Origin: Octopus vulgaris
Taxonomy: Eukaryota
Direction: 5' to 3'
Assembly: GCA_951406725.2 (NCBI GenBank)
Contig: OX597837.1
Coordinates: 5,332,001 to 5,396,000, forward strand
DNA length: 64,000 nucleotides
The notes under the pieces are model-generated. The model worked only from the letters and a program-made list of their open reading frames with translations, was not told the DNA's origin and did not search any database. Every line of letters starts with the position of its first letter. The stretch's first letter is position 1. Below are positions 42,707 through 55,423 of this stretch, piece after piece. Made by a program: the position numbers and the translations under genes.

Positions 42707-43279
42707 ACTATAACGTGATATATAAAACATTAGACGTACGCAACCAGAACGCAGTTCCTGATAAGAACGACTCATAAAACCATATTTATTTCAAATAAAA
42801 ACACACCCAAGTCTACATCTCTTTTTCTGTTAGTGTCAATAAAAATCTGACATTACGACGTGACGATGTGTTGACAACATTTAAACAACATCAATGATAT
42901 TTGCATACTAATAATAATTGTAGGGTTTAGCGAGATGTGAATGATATTGTTTGTTTTCTTCTGTAGTGATGGTGATGATGGTGGTGGTTGGTGGTGAGGT
43001 TTGTCTTAGAAGAATCACTGTTATTTAGAACGGCAGGTGTTGCGGTATGGCGCTGGTATGGTTCCGGTACAGAGTGGTAAGTGCGATATCGTGTTGGTAT
43101 TGTGTGATGTGCTATGATGTCTTCCAGTCTTGAAGAGCGTCTGATTGTCTGGTTTTAAGTAGAATCTGTTTACACCGACAAATTTGAATGTAGGAATAAA
43201 ATATTTTAGACACCTACCTACCAAAATAGCTATCAACCGAACATCATATACGTACCCATATATTAAAAAAAAAATCGAT

Positions 43280-43445
43280 ATTCCGTCCACCCGAGATTCA
43301 GTCCACCCGATATTCCGTCCACCTGACATTCCGTCTACCCGAGATTCCGTTCACCCGAGATTCCGTCCACCCAAGATTCCGTCCACCCGAGATTCCGTCC
43401 ACCCAAGATTCCGTCCACCCGATATTCCGTCCACCCGACATTCCG
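43280..43445. repeat. 16-bp minisatellite ATTCCGTCCACCCGAN, 10 units plus a partial
   Basis: Exact 16-bp periodicity counted from 43280 to 43439. Confidence 0.9.
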
Positions 43446-43938
43446 CACAAATGACAAACCCATAAGCTTATCAATCCAACTTCCAAAGTACCCGCGTAAC
43501 TATCAGTACAAGATATCGCCTATCCTCATGGTTATGAACACATCCCACCAAAGTCATACACCCGGCATTTTAGCTATCCATATACGTTCGTAAGCATATA
43601 TTTACCTACATATTTATCAGTCTACCTACCTACCAACCTACCTACCTACCTACCTACCTACCTACCTACCTACCTACCTACCTACCAACCTACCTATCTA
43701 CCTACCTACCTACCTACCTACCTACCTACATACCTACCTACCTACCTACCTACCTACCTACCTACTTACCTACATACCTACCTACCTACCTATCTACCTA
43801 CCTACCACCTACCTGCCCACCTACCTACTTACATACCTAAGAATATAACTACCTATCTTTTCAACAAGTCTCTTATATCCGATTTATTATTATAAACCGA
43901 TAAGATGAAACGCAACAATATAAGCGGAAAACACCAAC

Positions 43939-43972
<34 letters not shown>

Positions 43973-43984
43973 AACACACGCACA

Positions 43985-44045
<61 letters not shown>

Positions 44046-44138
44046 TTATGCGTTTGTATATTTGCAAATATGTATATATATATATAGTATATAATATATC
44101 GATTCATCTATGTAAACTTCTCTCTCTATATATATACA

Positions 44139-44171
<33 letters not shown>

Positions 44172-44389
44172 GTATATTTTTAGAAATTAGAGGTGGATAA
44201 TATCGCCCGTTATTGTTAGCTGTTTTAGCTTTTGACCTATTTTTATGTGTGTGGGGTCTCAGTTGTCTTAATCTGGGTTCTCCTGGGGTTCTAGTATAAT
44301 GATTGTGTGATCTGTTCTGATTCTGATGGTTGGCATGTCGTTGTGAAATGTTTTAAGATAAATATAAGTGATAAAGAACGTCTTCAGTT

Positions 44390-44698
44390 GTGAATGATAA
44401 TGGGATTGCACCTGGAAAGTTCCCCTCCAAAGCACAAGTCCGGGCAAGGTTGTTTATGCAAGACCAGCAGTCACCCATGCATACCAGCCTCCTCTCTTCA
44501 GATCACCAATGTTTTCCAAAGGAAAAGCAAACAGATTGGTATCAGTAACATCGGAACTCATATCTGGGTGAACTGGAGCAAGGTTTAGAAAAATAAAATG
44601 TCACTCAAGAATACAACATACGGCTCAGCCCAGGAATCGAACTCACTACCTCACGATTGTGAACCCGACACTGTAACCACTGAGCCAGGCGCCTTCAC
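44390..44698 (-). mobile_element. tRNA-derived SINE (further family)
   Basis: Minus-strand head TGGCTCAGTGGTTACAGTG...GAGTTCGATTCCTGG (A and B boxes). Confidence 0.7.
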
Positions 44699-44792
44699 AC
44701 GAACTCACGGACATAGACACACACATATATATGTGTGTGTGCGTTCGCATCTGCTATGTGTGTATAAGAATATGCATATAAATTTATGTGTA

Positions 44793-45113
44793 TCTGGTAC
44801 TCCGTCGGTAACGACGACGAGTCTTCCAGTTGGTTCTATGAATGGAAGAGACTGCACGTGAAATTGACGCACAAGTGGCTGAGTACTCCGCAGACACCTT
44901 TAACCTTAACGTAGTTCTCAGTAGGATTCGGTGCGACACAGAATGTGACAGGGCTGGCCCCTTCGAAATACAGGTATTACTCATTTTTGCCAACTGAGTG
45001 GACTGGGGCAACGTGAAATAAAGTACCTTGCTCAAGGATACGACACGTAACAGGGAATCGAACTCACGACCTTTCGATTGGGAGCCGAATAGCCTAAACC
45101 TTAAGCCACGTGC
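44793..45113 (-). mobile_element. tRNA-derived SINE (further family)
   Basis: Minus-strand head GTGGCTTAAGG...GAGTTCGATTCCC. Related 3' segments occur at ~25955-26010 and ~48200-48370. Confidence 0.7.
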
Positions 45114-45287
45114 CTTTAGAAATTCGTAAAAAATATATATATTCACATATATATACATTTACACACATGTACACATATGTATATGTATATGTATAGGGAG
45201 AGTTTACGAAAAACCAACAAAAGACGAAGACAGATGGTATACAAAACAAACAGATGTATTAGTATAACGCTCATGAATAGAAAAAGT

Positions 45288-45324
45288 CTTTTACGTTTCG
45301 AGCCTACGCTCTTCTACAGAAAAG
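45288..45324 (-). ncRNA. Minimal type I hammerhead fold, A6U core variant
   Basis: Minus strand CTTTT-CTGTAGA-A-GAGC(GTAG)GCTC-GAAA-CG-TA-AAAG. 4-bp helix II, loopless ACGU helix III, GUA triplet, short helix I. Confidence 0.55.
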
Positions 45325-45403
45325 GGCCACAGAAAAAAACAAGGAGAGAAACAGGGAGAGAAAAAATGCGTGTAGTGGCTAACGATCTATCATGGCGTCT
45401 ATA

Positions 45404-45463
<60 letters not shown>

Positions 45464-45557
45464 CATACGTACATACATACATGCACATATATATATGCAT
45501 ATATTTATACATATATATATATATATACATACTTACATATATATACATACATACATA

Positions 45558-45592
<35 letters not shown>

Positions 45593-46276
45593 ATATATAT
45601 ATATATATACTCACACACATACAAATATACAAACACATATATACACACATATGTTTATATACTCAGTTATTTGTCTGTGTAAATGTGTGTATACAGATGC
45701 ATTACTGACATTTCAGCATAACCCGCGGCCGGTTATTTAGATACTCTGTGTCAGATTTATGTGTCTAACATCGTCTAAAAATACTTCCCCTCCAGGCGTT
45801 TTTCCGCGTTATTATGTTTTTTTTAAGTGTTTGTGATTTTTCTTTTCTTTTCAGCTGCTTCCTTACCAAATATGCTGAACTTCCACCAAATAAAAGGTGT
45901 CAATCAGAAAAACACACACGCGCACATACACGCACACACACACACACATACACACACACACACACACACACGCCAGCAAACACCCACACGCTCACACACA
46001 CAGAAAGGCTATATGAGCGTAGAATGTAAATATGCGTATTTATATATATGCAAACACAAATACACACACACACAAACACACTCACGCACAAACATATATA
46101 TATATATATCCATATGTATATGCATGAATATACACAAATTTATGTATATTATATATGCGGGTGTATAATATATATTCGCATAAATATATACGTGTGTACT
46201 AGATTACTTATAAATACACCTATATTGGTGGATATTTATTCATATACGTCGTTATATATACTTGTATGTACGCATA

Positions 46277-46311
<35 letters not shown>

Positions 46312-46316
46312 GCATA

Positions 46317-46372
<56 letters not shown>

Positions 46373-46574
46373 CACCAATATATACATAGATATATACATA
46401 CATATAAATATACAAAGGCATTAATATATGCTTAGATATATTTGTACATATCCATGTATGTAGATGTTTTGCTTTCATATATATATATATACATATATAT
46501 CTATGTACATATACATATGCATATATATATATATATGCATATACATCTATGCATATACATATACACACACACAT

Positions 46575-46626
<52 letters not shown>

Positions 46627-47332
46627 TACACACACGTTTATATATATATTTATGAATATATATACATGTTTGTTTAGTAGTAAATACACACCTATAAACT
46701 TACCATACAGATGCATACATAGATACGTAGATACACACGCATTATCTCTCTCTCCCTCACACACACATACCTTACGCGCGTTCTGTATTTGTGAGCGTCA
46801 GTTGTGAATACGGTTGTGTGTATACGCGTACGTGCGTATGTATGACGTATGCGCACACAGAGAATTATTTTGATAGATAGGTAAATAGATAGATCTAAAG
46901 TTAGCAGACAGTTTGTTTGGTCAACAGAAGTTAATACAATCAAAGAACTATCATTTGTTTTCGTCACATTTCTGAAGATAGCCAAAGGCAAATTAGATTA
47001 GTTTCAAGCTTGCTCGAGTTTATAGTGTAAATTTCCTCTATATTTCTTTCTATCGTGATAAAAACAAAATAAATGTTCTGCCAAGCTATCAAGATTTCTC
47101 TCTGTAATAATTTTTTTGTCGTATTTTTTTTTTTACCCTTAAAAGAAAAATAAAATATAAACTCTGAAAATTCGAGAAAAAATAAAATCCTAAAATATAT
47201 AATATAATTGTGAAGGTAGAAAAAAAAACATTACAAGAGATAAATGGTAGAAATAAATAATACGTAACGTTTAGGATTCTTGTGTTTACATTGGCACTCT
47301 TTTGTTTGCCCGCTTGTATAACAAAATCTTGA

Positions 47333-48600
47333 CAGGTGATCTTATCTAGTTTAATGCTATTCCAACTGTTATGTTTCATTGTTGGTTTTTACCATTCCTT
47401 CTTTGCCTTATATTCCGAACGGGAGAAAAAGTACGTGGCTGAGTGGTTCGGGGTATCCAAACCACGATCGCTAGGTCATGAGTTCATTTTCCGGTGGAGC
47501 GTTGCGTCCATTTTATTTCACGTTGCTGCATCCTGGGGTACAGAGGATTTGCATTCTAGATTAGGGTCTGAAAGTTTACCACACCATAGTGGGTTACACC
47601 ATGGTTCCTCTGCTTTGAGGCAGAAGTAGGAAGAAAGAGTGAGAGAAAGTTGTGATGAAACAGTACAGTGGGGTTCACCAACCTCCCCCGCGGGAGCCTC
47701 GTGGAGCTTAGGTGTTTTTTGCTCAATAAACACTTACAATGCCCGGTCTGGGAATCGAAACCGCGTTCTTACGACCGCGAATCCGCTGCACTGGGTCATT
47801 GCGCCTCCACTGCTGCTGCTGTTGCTGTTGAGCGAACGGTCTTCATCCCAGAGCTCGCATGATGGGAGAAGTCCGAAACGTGGTCCTTTGCTATTCGTAA
47901 GACCCGCAGAAGAGAAGACAGGTCAACCCCACCGACACCGAGAGCATCGACGGATGGATGAATGCGCATCCAGGCTCAGCGGTTGCGTAGGAAGTCGGGG
48001 ACAAGAAACAGGAAGAAAGAGTGAGAGAAAGGTGGAGCGAAAGAGTACAACAGGTGTCGACACCCCCCCCTGCCGGAGCCTCGTGGAGCTTTTGGTGTTT
48101 TCGCTCAATAAACACACACAACGCCCTGTCTGGGAATCGAAACCGTGATCCTCCGACCGCGAGTCCGCTGCCCTAACCATTGAGCCATTACGCCTTCAGT
48201 TTTTGCTGCAGTCCACTAAGCTGGCGTAAATGAGTGAAACCCGAATTTCAAAGGGGCCAGCCTTGTTACGTTCTGTGCAACGCCGAATCTCCCTGAGAAC
48301 TACATTAAGGATATGTGTGACTGTGGGGTACTCAGCCACTTACTCGTTAATTTCAGGGGTAGGATGTTCCATAGAAAGGTTCAAATGGAGCACCCATCGT
48401 CGCAGGTGATCTTATCTAGTTTAATTCTATTCCAACTGTTATGGTTCATTGTTGGTTTTTACCATTCCTTCTTTGCCTTATATTCCTAACGGGAAAAAAA
48501 GTGCGTGGCTGAGTGGTTTGGGGTATCCAACTCACGATCGTTAGGTCATGAGTTCATATTCCGGTGGAGCGTTGCGTCCATTTTATTTCCCGTTGCTGCA
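47333..48600 (+). repeat. ~198-bp direct duplication (47333-47530 and 48403-48600) containing a tRNA-like head
   Basis: Both copies begin CAGGTGATCTTATCTAGTTTAAT and end CGTTGCTGCA; offset 1070 bp; scattered substitutions. Confidence 0.85.
47620..48197 (-). mobile_element. SINE family C head-to-tail dimer
   Basis: Intact head near 48197, body, (CAG)n linker at ~47810-47830, then a second degenerate head and body. Confidence 0.75.
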
Positions 48601-48609
48601 GTTGCTGTT

Positions 48610-48840
48610 GATGCTGTTGAGCGAACGGCCTTCGTCCCAGAGCTCGCAAGATGGGAGAACTTCGGTTCGTGGTCCTTTGTTATTAGTAAGCCCCGCAGAA
48701 GAGAAGACAGGTCAACCCCACCGACACCGAGAGCATCGACGGATGGATGAATGCGCATCCAGGCTCAGCGGTTGCGTAGGAAGTCGGGGACAAGAAACAG
48801 GAAGAAAGAGTGAGAGAAAGTTGGAGCGAAAGAGTACACG
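48610..48840 (-). mobile_element. SINE family C 3' body fragment
   Basis: The segment from GACAGGTCAACCCCACCGACACCGAGAGC to GAAAGTTGGAGCGAAAGAGTAC is nearly identical to 47915-48050. Confidence 0.75.
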
Positions 48841-48898
48841 AGGGGTACTATTATTTGTCGTCGTCGTCGTCGTCGTCATCATCATTATCATCATCATC

Positions 48899-48975
<77 letters not shown>

Positions 48976-48989
48976 CATCATTATTTAAG

Positions 48990-49195
48990 CAGCGTGCTGG
49001 CGGAATCGGTAACACATTGGGCGAAATGCTTAGTGGTATTTCGTCTGTCGCTACCTTCTGAGTTCAAATTCTGCCGAGATCGACTTTGCTTTTCATCTTT
49101 TCGGGGTTCGATTAACTAAGTACCAGTTACGCATTGGGGGTCGATGTAATCGACTTAAACCCCTCCCCGAAGCTGCCCTTGTAGCAAAAATTTGT
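48990..49195 (+). mobile_element. SINE family B in (ATT)n
   Basis: Matches the family B sequence across its length. Confidence 0.8.
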
Positions 49196-49232
49196 ATTCA
49201 TCATCATCATTCTTCTTCTTCTTCTTCTTCTT

Positions 49233-49364
<132 letters not shown>

Positions 49365-49368
49365 TATT

Positions 49369-49442
<74 letters not shown>

Positions 49443-49660
49443 GGTGGCAAATTGGCAGAATATTTAGTACGCTGAACAAAATGCTTAACGGCATTTCGTC
49501 CGTCTTTATGCTCTGTCTTCAAATTTTGCCAAGTTCGACTTTGCTTTTCATCCTTTCGGGATCGATAAAATAAATACCAGTTGAACAACCGAGGTCAATA
49601 TAATCGACTCAACTTACCTCCGAAATTTACTGCTCTTGTACCAACATTTAAAATCATTAT
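49443..49660 (+). mobile_element. Older SINE family B copy directly after (ATT)n
   Basis: GGTGGCAAATTGGCAGAATATTTAG...CGACTTTGCTTTTCATCCTTTCGGG...ATACCAGTT. Confidence 0.7.
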
Positions 49661-50109
49661 TATTGTTCTTGCTTTCATTTAATTTTTTGGGTAACTAATG
49701 CTGGCGAATCTGTGCAAAGTTAAACGATTTCGTTAGGAAAGGTTTCCCAATGAATGGCTATAATTCTATTATGTTGAATTAGGTAAATTTGTCCGACTAA
49801 ATGTTCTTTATTCAATGCAATCAGTTGATAATGGATGTGCTATTGTTCCATTACATTAAATTTGTTGCTTGTCTGATTTTGGATTTAATTTCTGCTAGAC
49901 TAATTTTCATTACTATATCTGATTCGCCTTTGATTAAGTTAATCAGTCTTTATATGATCTCAGCGAGGAAACGGCCTTTATGGTTCTTCAATGTGATGTA
50001 TTGGTGACGCATAGCTCGGCAGCTAACCTATATTCTTCCTGAAAACTGATGGTCAATGTCGGTACGTCCGTAAAGTTTGTTAGACACGTTGGAGATGGCG
50101 TATTTGTAA

Positions 50110-50166
<57 letters not shown>

Positions 50167-50170
<4 letters not shown>

Positions 50171-50289
50171 TGGTTCCGGGTTCGGCCCGACTGCATGACA
50201 ACTTGGGCAAGTGTCTTCTACTATAGCCTCGGGCCGACCAAAGCCTTGTGAGTGGATTTGGCAGATGGAAACTGAAAAAAGCTCGCCAT

Positions 50290-50290
<1 letters not shown>
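50167..50290 (+). mobile_element. SINE family A, 5'-truncated
   Basis: CATGGTTCCGGGTTC...TTGGGCAAGTGTCTTCTACTATAGCCTCGGGCCGACCAAAGCC. Confidence 0.75.
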
Positions 50291-50347
<57 letters not shown>

Positions 50348-50364
50348 ATACTGTACATATGTGC

Positions 50365-50510
50365 AAGCATCGGAGTGGTTCTGTGGTAAAAAGTTTGCTT
50401 CCCAATCACATGCTTTCTGGTTCAGTCCCACCGCGTGGCACCTTCGGCAGTTGTCTTCTACAGTAGCCTCGTGCCAACCAAAGTCTTGTGAATGGATTTG
50501 GTCGACGATG
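50365..50510 (+). mobile_element. SINE family A, diverged
   Basis: GAGTGGTTCTGTGG...GGTTCAGTCCCACCGCGTGGCACC. Confidence 0.7.
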
Positions 50511-50538
50511 TGTATGTGTGTTTGTGTATGATTTGTTT

Positions 50539-50597
<59 letters not shown>

Positions 50598-50619
50598 TAG
50601 CTGAAGGTGACCCGCTCTA

Positions 50620-50980
50620 CGCGCGGGTAAGAGTGTGGTTGTTACTTTCTGTTGCTTCCTTTCAGCACGTAAAAAGCAGCATCCGAACGTGGCCGATTGC
50701 AGCGCCGCCTTGACTGGCTTCTGTGCTGGTGGCACGTAAAAAGCACCAACCGATCGTGACCGCTGCCAGCCCCGCTGGCACCTGTACCGGCGGCACGAAA
50801 AAAGCACCCACTACGCTCACAGAGTGGTTGGCGTTAGGAAGGGCATCCACCTGTCGAAACACTGCCAGATCAGACTGGAGCGTGGTGCAGCCTCCTGGCT
50901 TCCCAGACCCCTGTCAAACTGTCCAACCCGTGCTAGCACGGAAAACGGGCGTTAAACGATGATGATGATGATGATGATGA
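50620..50980 (+). mobile_element. Interspersed repeat with an RTE-type 3' end terminating in (GAT)n
   Basis: GGTTGGCGTTAGGAAGGGCATCC...GTCCAACCC...GGAAAACGGGCGTTAAAC(GAT)n. The family assignment is from recall of RTE-related SINE/LINE tails. Confidence 0.55.
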
Positions 50981-51161
50981 TTCTCCCTCTTTGTTTCTCT
51001 CTCCTTTCTCTCTCACTTTCCCACTCTCTTACTCTTCCTTTCTCTCGGACTCTCCCTCGCTTTCTCTTACTCTCTATCTTTATCTATCTCTCTCCCATTT
51101 ATAAACAACAAAAGATCTTGAGTAAGTTGAGAAATAAAATATTTAGAAAGATCAATCATAA

Positions 51162-51530
51162 ATATCAGGCAGTAACAACGGAAAGGTCTGCTTCAAGGCA
51201 GACATCAAAACACTAACATTTAAAAGGGACAGACGAACTTGCGAGCTGAATAAAAATAATAAAATATTGGAAACCAAAGTTTGAAGGGATAGAATTTGAG
51301 GATAGTAGAGTCACCATGGCTGGCATTTCTTTACGACGGACAGCAACGTATTGACAGTTCAACGGCTGGCGTAAAATTTTGAACTTGATGTAAAAGAACA
51401 TCCCTAAAAACCAAGTTTTGAATTGATTCTTTCTCACGACAGTAGACTCACGATGGCAAGCATTCAAAACTTCATCATGGACGGCAACACATTGACGATT
51501 AAAAGGCTTGATGTAACAGAGAATTGCTAA
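51162..51530 (+). pseudogene. Decayed coding sequence with three ~47-aa internal repeats, family unknown
   Basis: FKADIKTLTFKRDRRTCELN / KPKFEGIEFEDSRVTMAGI..FTTDSNVLTVQRLA*NFELDVKEHP* / KPSFELILSHDSRLTMASIQNFIMDGNTLTIKRLDVTENC. Many inter-unit differences are synonymous. Confidence 0.4.
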
Positions 51531-51647
51531 ACACCCGCTCCTTTAAATTTTAATCCCCTTCCAGCCCCATTTAGACCCCTTTCACATTTTGGTTAATATA
51601 ACCCGATTTCATTTGGGTCTACTGGGCCCACATTTTATAAGATGAGG

Positions 51648-51761
51648 ACTCAACCAAGTTTCCCAAGTTCTGGTCATAGACCATAGAACACTCAACCAAG
51701 TTTCCCGAGTTCTGGTCATAGACCATAGAACACTCAACCAAGTTTCCCGAGTTCTGGTCAT
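51648..51761. repeat. 42-bp tandem repeat, 2.7 units
   Basis: ACTCAACCAAGTTTCCC starts at 51648, 51690 and 51732. Confidence 0.9.
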
Positions 51762-52359
51762 TTGCAGAATAAATAGAGACGGCAGAGGTGGCAGACGTCG
51801 TTGCAATGTAAACATGATTTGTTTTAAGAGAAAGATTGTCCAGATTGTGTGTTGGTGGTGGTGGTGGCGATGATAATTATCTTTAAGAATGGAGATAAAG
51901 AGAAATTGAATGGGAGTTAGAGGTAGAAAGAGAAGGTGTAAATTTTGGAGTGAATCCGACGGGATGTAGTGGGCTTTAACCCCGGCAAAAAATAATATCT
52001 GTTGCGTTTCTGAAAGAGGTGAAGTAGGAATATTGAAACTTTTGCAGCTGTCATTAATAGACTCGTTGTAGAATAAATAGAGACGGCGAAAAAAGAGAGA
52101 GCTCGAGAAAGAAAAGGTGATATATGAAAGAGAGGACGGGAAAATGAAATATTTTGCAATGTAAACATGTTTGTATTAAGAGAAAGATTGTCATGATTGT
52201 GTGTTGGTGGTGTTGGTGGTGGCGATGATAATTATCATTAGGAAAAAGAGTGTGTGAGTGAGGAAGACATACATAAGTTGTGGCGATGATAATTGTAGAC
52301 CCCTTTTCACATTTTGATGAAGAGCACCCGATTTCATTCGGGTGTACTGGGGCCACATA

Positions 52360-52394
<35 letters not shown>

Positions 52395-52498
52395 ACGCTG
52401 TAAAAATTAAATTAGAGATAAAACCACTAATAGGGAAATGAAACAGTAAAAAACCAAAAACAAAAACATAAAAATAAAAATATAATATTAGATATATG

Positions 52499-52529
<31 letters not shown>

Positions 52530-52927
52530 TGACAGGTAGACAATAGAATGCGATGGCGATGGCGATGTAATATTTGTTTCTGTCTATTAACGCTGATAGA
52601 TACATGAGTAAAATGTATGGGAAGCTAAGAGATAAGAGTGAGTGAAAATGTTCTTGGAAGAGAGGAAACAGCGAGAGAGTGATTTGAGGAAGACTTTACA
52701 TTAAATAACCGTAGTGGCATTGTCACATGAAGAGGAGTGAGAGGGTACTGGAGGAAATATGGTGAGTGAGGAAGATGGTCCCTAGCAACCACACCTTTTA
52801 AGATAGAGATTTCTAAGGTAGCCCACGAGCATCGTCACCTCATTCTACATGTCCCTGTAAATTTTGGAGCGAATCGGACGGGATGTAGTGGCATTGAAAG
52901 CGATCCAAGCGGTAAAAACGCATTTCA

Positions 52928-52996
<69 letters not shown>

Positions 52997-53093
52997 TGGA
53001 GTAAGCACATAAATGTGAAACAAAGTGGAAAAAAAAGTACTCAGATATCAGATGTAGAGTAATATGTTTTATTTAAAAGCAGCAGAAATATAA

Positions 53094-53142
53094 CAAAAGC
53101 CGTTACTCAGAATTTCACGTTCCCGTTCATCGGACAGTTTTG
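53094..53142 (-). ncRNA. Minimal type I hammerhead ribozyme fold, U4C core variant
   Basis: Minus strand CAAAA-CTGT-CCGATGA-ACG(GGAA)CGT-GAAA-TTC-T-GAG-TA-ACGG-C-TTTTG. Helix I of 4+5 bp, GNRA-capped helix II, quasi-palindromic helix III, GUA triplet. Confidence 0.65.
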
Positions 53143-54155
53143 TTAAAATACAACAGAAATAACAAAATGATCAAAACTAGTTAAAGGATACACCTTTAAA
53201 AATGGATTTGTTTCATTGGCCCTTTCAAATAACGGTCTTAAGCATGCGATAAACAAAATAAACAAAATAAATGAATTCAATATAAATTCATCCTATTATA
53301 AAAATCGAGGAAAAACCTTAAATCGAAAAGCGTGTGTGTATCCGTGTGTGTGTGTGTGTGTGAAATATATTACAGTTCTGAAAACGAAACTGAATATCTG
53401 GTTTTACAGATTTGGCCTTACAATTTCAAATATGATCTTACAAAGTTTACTTTTCTCAATCAACTGTATGATACTGATACGAAAATACAAAAACTTGTAG
53501 TAAAAACAAGTAAAACTGAAACACAGTCGTATCTTTACACACACATACACACACATATGTATATATTGTTTGGTGAAAAGAAGTTCATACAATCATCGAC
53601 CTCTCAGTGTTTTCGTTATGTTTCTGAAGAAAGCCTGAAGCAAAAGAGGTTATTTCCAATCTCTTTACAATATATATAAATTTCTAAATGACGTTCATAT
53701 TTCTTTGAATCGTTAAATACAAATACAAACCTGTTAGATTCTCACTCAGTGAAACACAGACATGTTTACGTAAGAGAAAACAATGAATCTATTATTATTG
53801 TATATAATTGCACAATTTCTCTTTCTTTCTTTCTTCCTTCCTTTCTTCCTTCCTTTCTTACTCTCTTTCTTTCTTTCCCTCTTTCTTTTTTTCTTTCTTT
53901 CTTTCTTTCTTTCTTGGCTCCGTTTTCTTACGTTTAATGTTGCATTGTACTTCTATGTTTGTTTTAAATTTACATCTTTACATAGGTAAATATATACACA
54001 TACAAATATATATGAAAATTACATAAAACGATTCAAAGAGAAGGAGGCCGAAGTCTGTGTAACTTGCATACATAATCCGGAGAGAGTGGTGTCACCCAGT
54101 TCGACAAAATACACGTGTGCATGCATATATATATGTATATATATATATGTATATC

Positions 54156-54232
<77 letters not shown>

Positions 54233-54484
54233 ATACATATATATATTCATATAGATGCATACATATAAACGAGTATCTATACACATATATACACGTATAT
54301 ATACTTGTATCCTTGTAAGAGTGATATGAACAAAAATAAAATTATTATTGTGTATGTTAATGGACACTGACTCCTACTCCTAAGGACGTTTAACTATATA
54401 AACAAAATGATTAATTGCGGACGTATATTAATATACACACATCTATATGAAAGAAGACATACATACGCACATATATATCCACAC

Positions 54485-54532
<48 letters not shown>

Positions 54533-55378
54533 CATATATATATATATATTAGTCGGTGGGCCAAATCCAAAAAGGGCCTTATTTATTGAGTTGGTTGCAA
54601 CCCCTTCCCTGCAACGTTATTTTGATGGTACCACATTGTTCCTGGGTCTATAGGGATGACATTTTCACTTGTTGTCATTCGCACAACCTGTCAGGTAATT
54701 AGGACAACAGCTTTTTATAAGTAAAGGTGGGTCTCGAGGCTATAAAAAGTGGAAATATATGGTACGCAGGTAACCATTGGAAATACTTGTCTATTAATGC
54801 CCTAGATGTAACCGAAACGAAGAAAATATAACTATTTACATGGTTAATTTTTCATCTTCCATTGCCCAGAATTGAAAAATCTCACCAATTTGTCTGAAAA
54901 AACGCCCAGTTTTTTGTTTTTTCACAGCATATTGAGTCTTATTCCTATTTTTTGGCAATTAATTTAATATGCATTAAGTTAAACAAAATAGTTGTATTTA
55001 CTGGGTATTTCTATTATTCCATATTTTCTTCTTCTTCTTCTTCTTCTTCTTCTTCTTCTTCTTCTTCCTCCTCACTTCTTCTTCTTCTTCTTCTTCTTCT
55101 TCCTCCTCTCTTCTTCTTCTTCTTCTTCTTCTTCTTCTTCTTCTTCTTCTTCTTCCTCCTCCTCCTCCCGTCTTCTTCTTCTTCTTCCTCCTCCTCCCGT
55201 CTTCTTCTTCTTCTTTTTCTTCTTCTTCCACAACAACTGCTGCTGCCGCCACTGCTGCTGCTACTGCTGCTGTTGCTACTGCTGCTGCTGCTGCTGCTAC
55301 TACTACTACTAATACTACTACTACTACTACTGCAGCTGCTGCTGCTGCTGCTACAACAACTACTACTACTACTACTAT

Positions 55379-55423
<45 letters not shown>

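Noticed and set aside
42158-42775. Acidic EDEEVK-repeat ORF (neurofilament-like)
   Set aside because: Explained by an 18-bp minisatellite between trinucleotide tracts; several frames are open and there is no non-repetitive domain.
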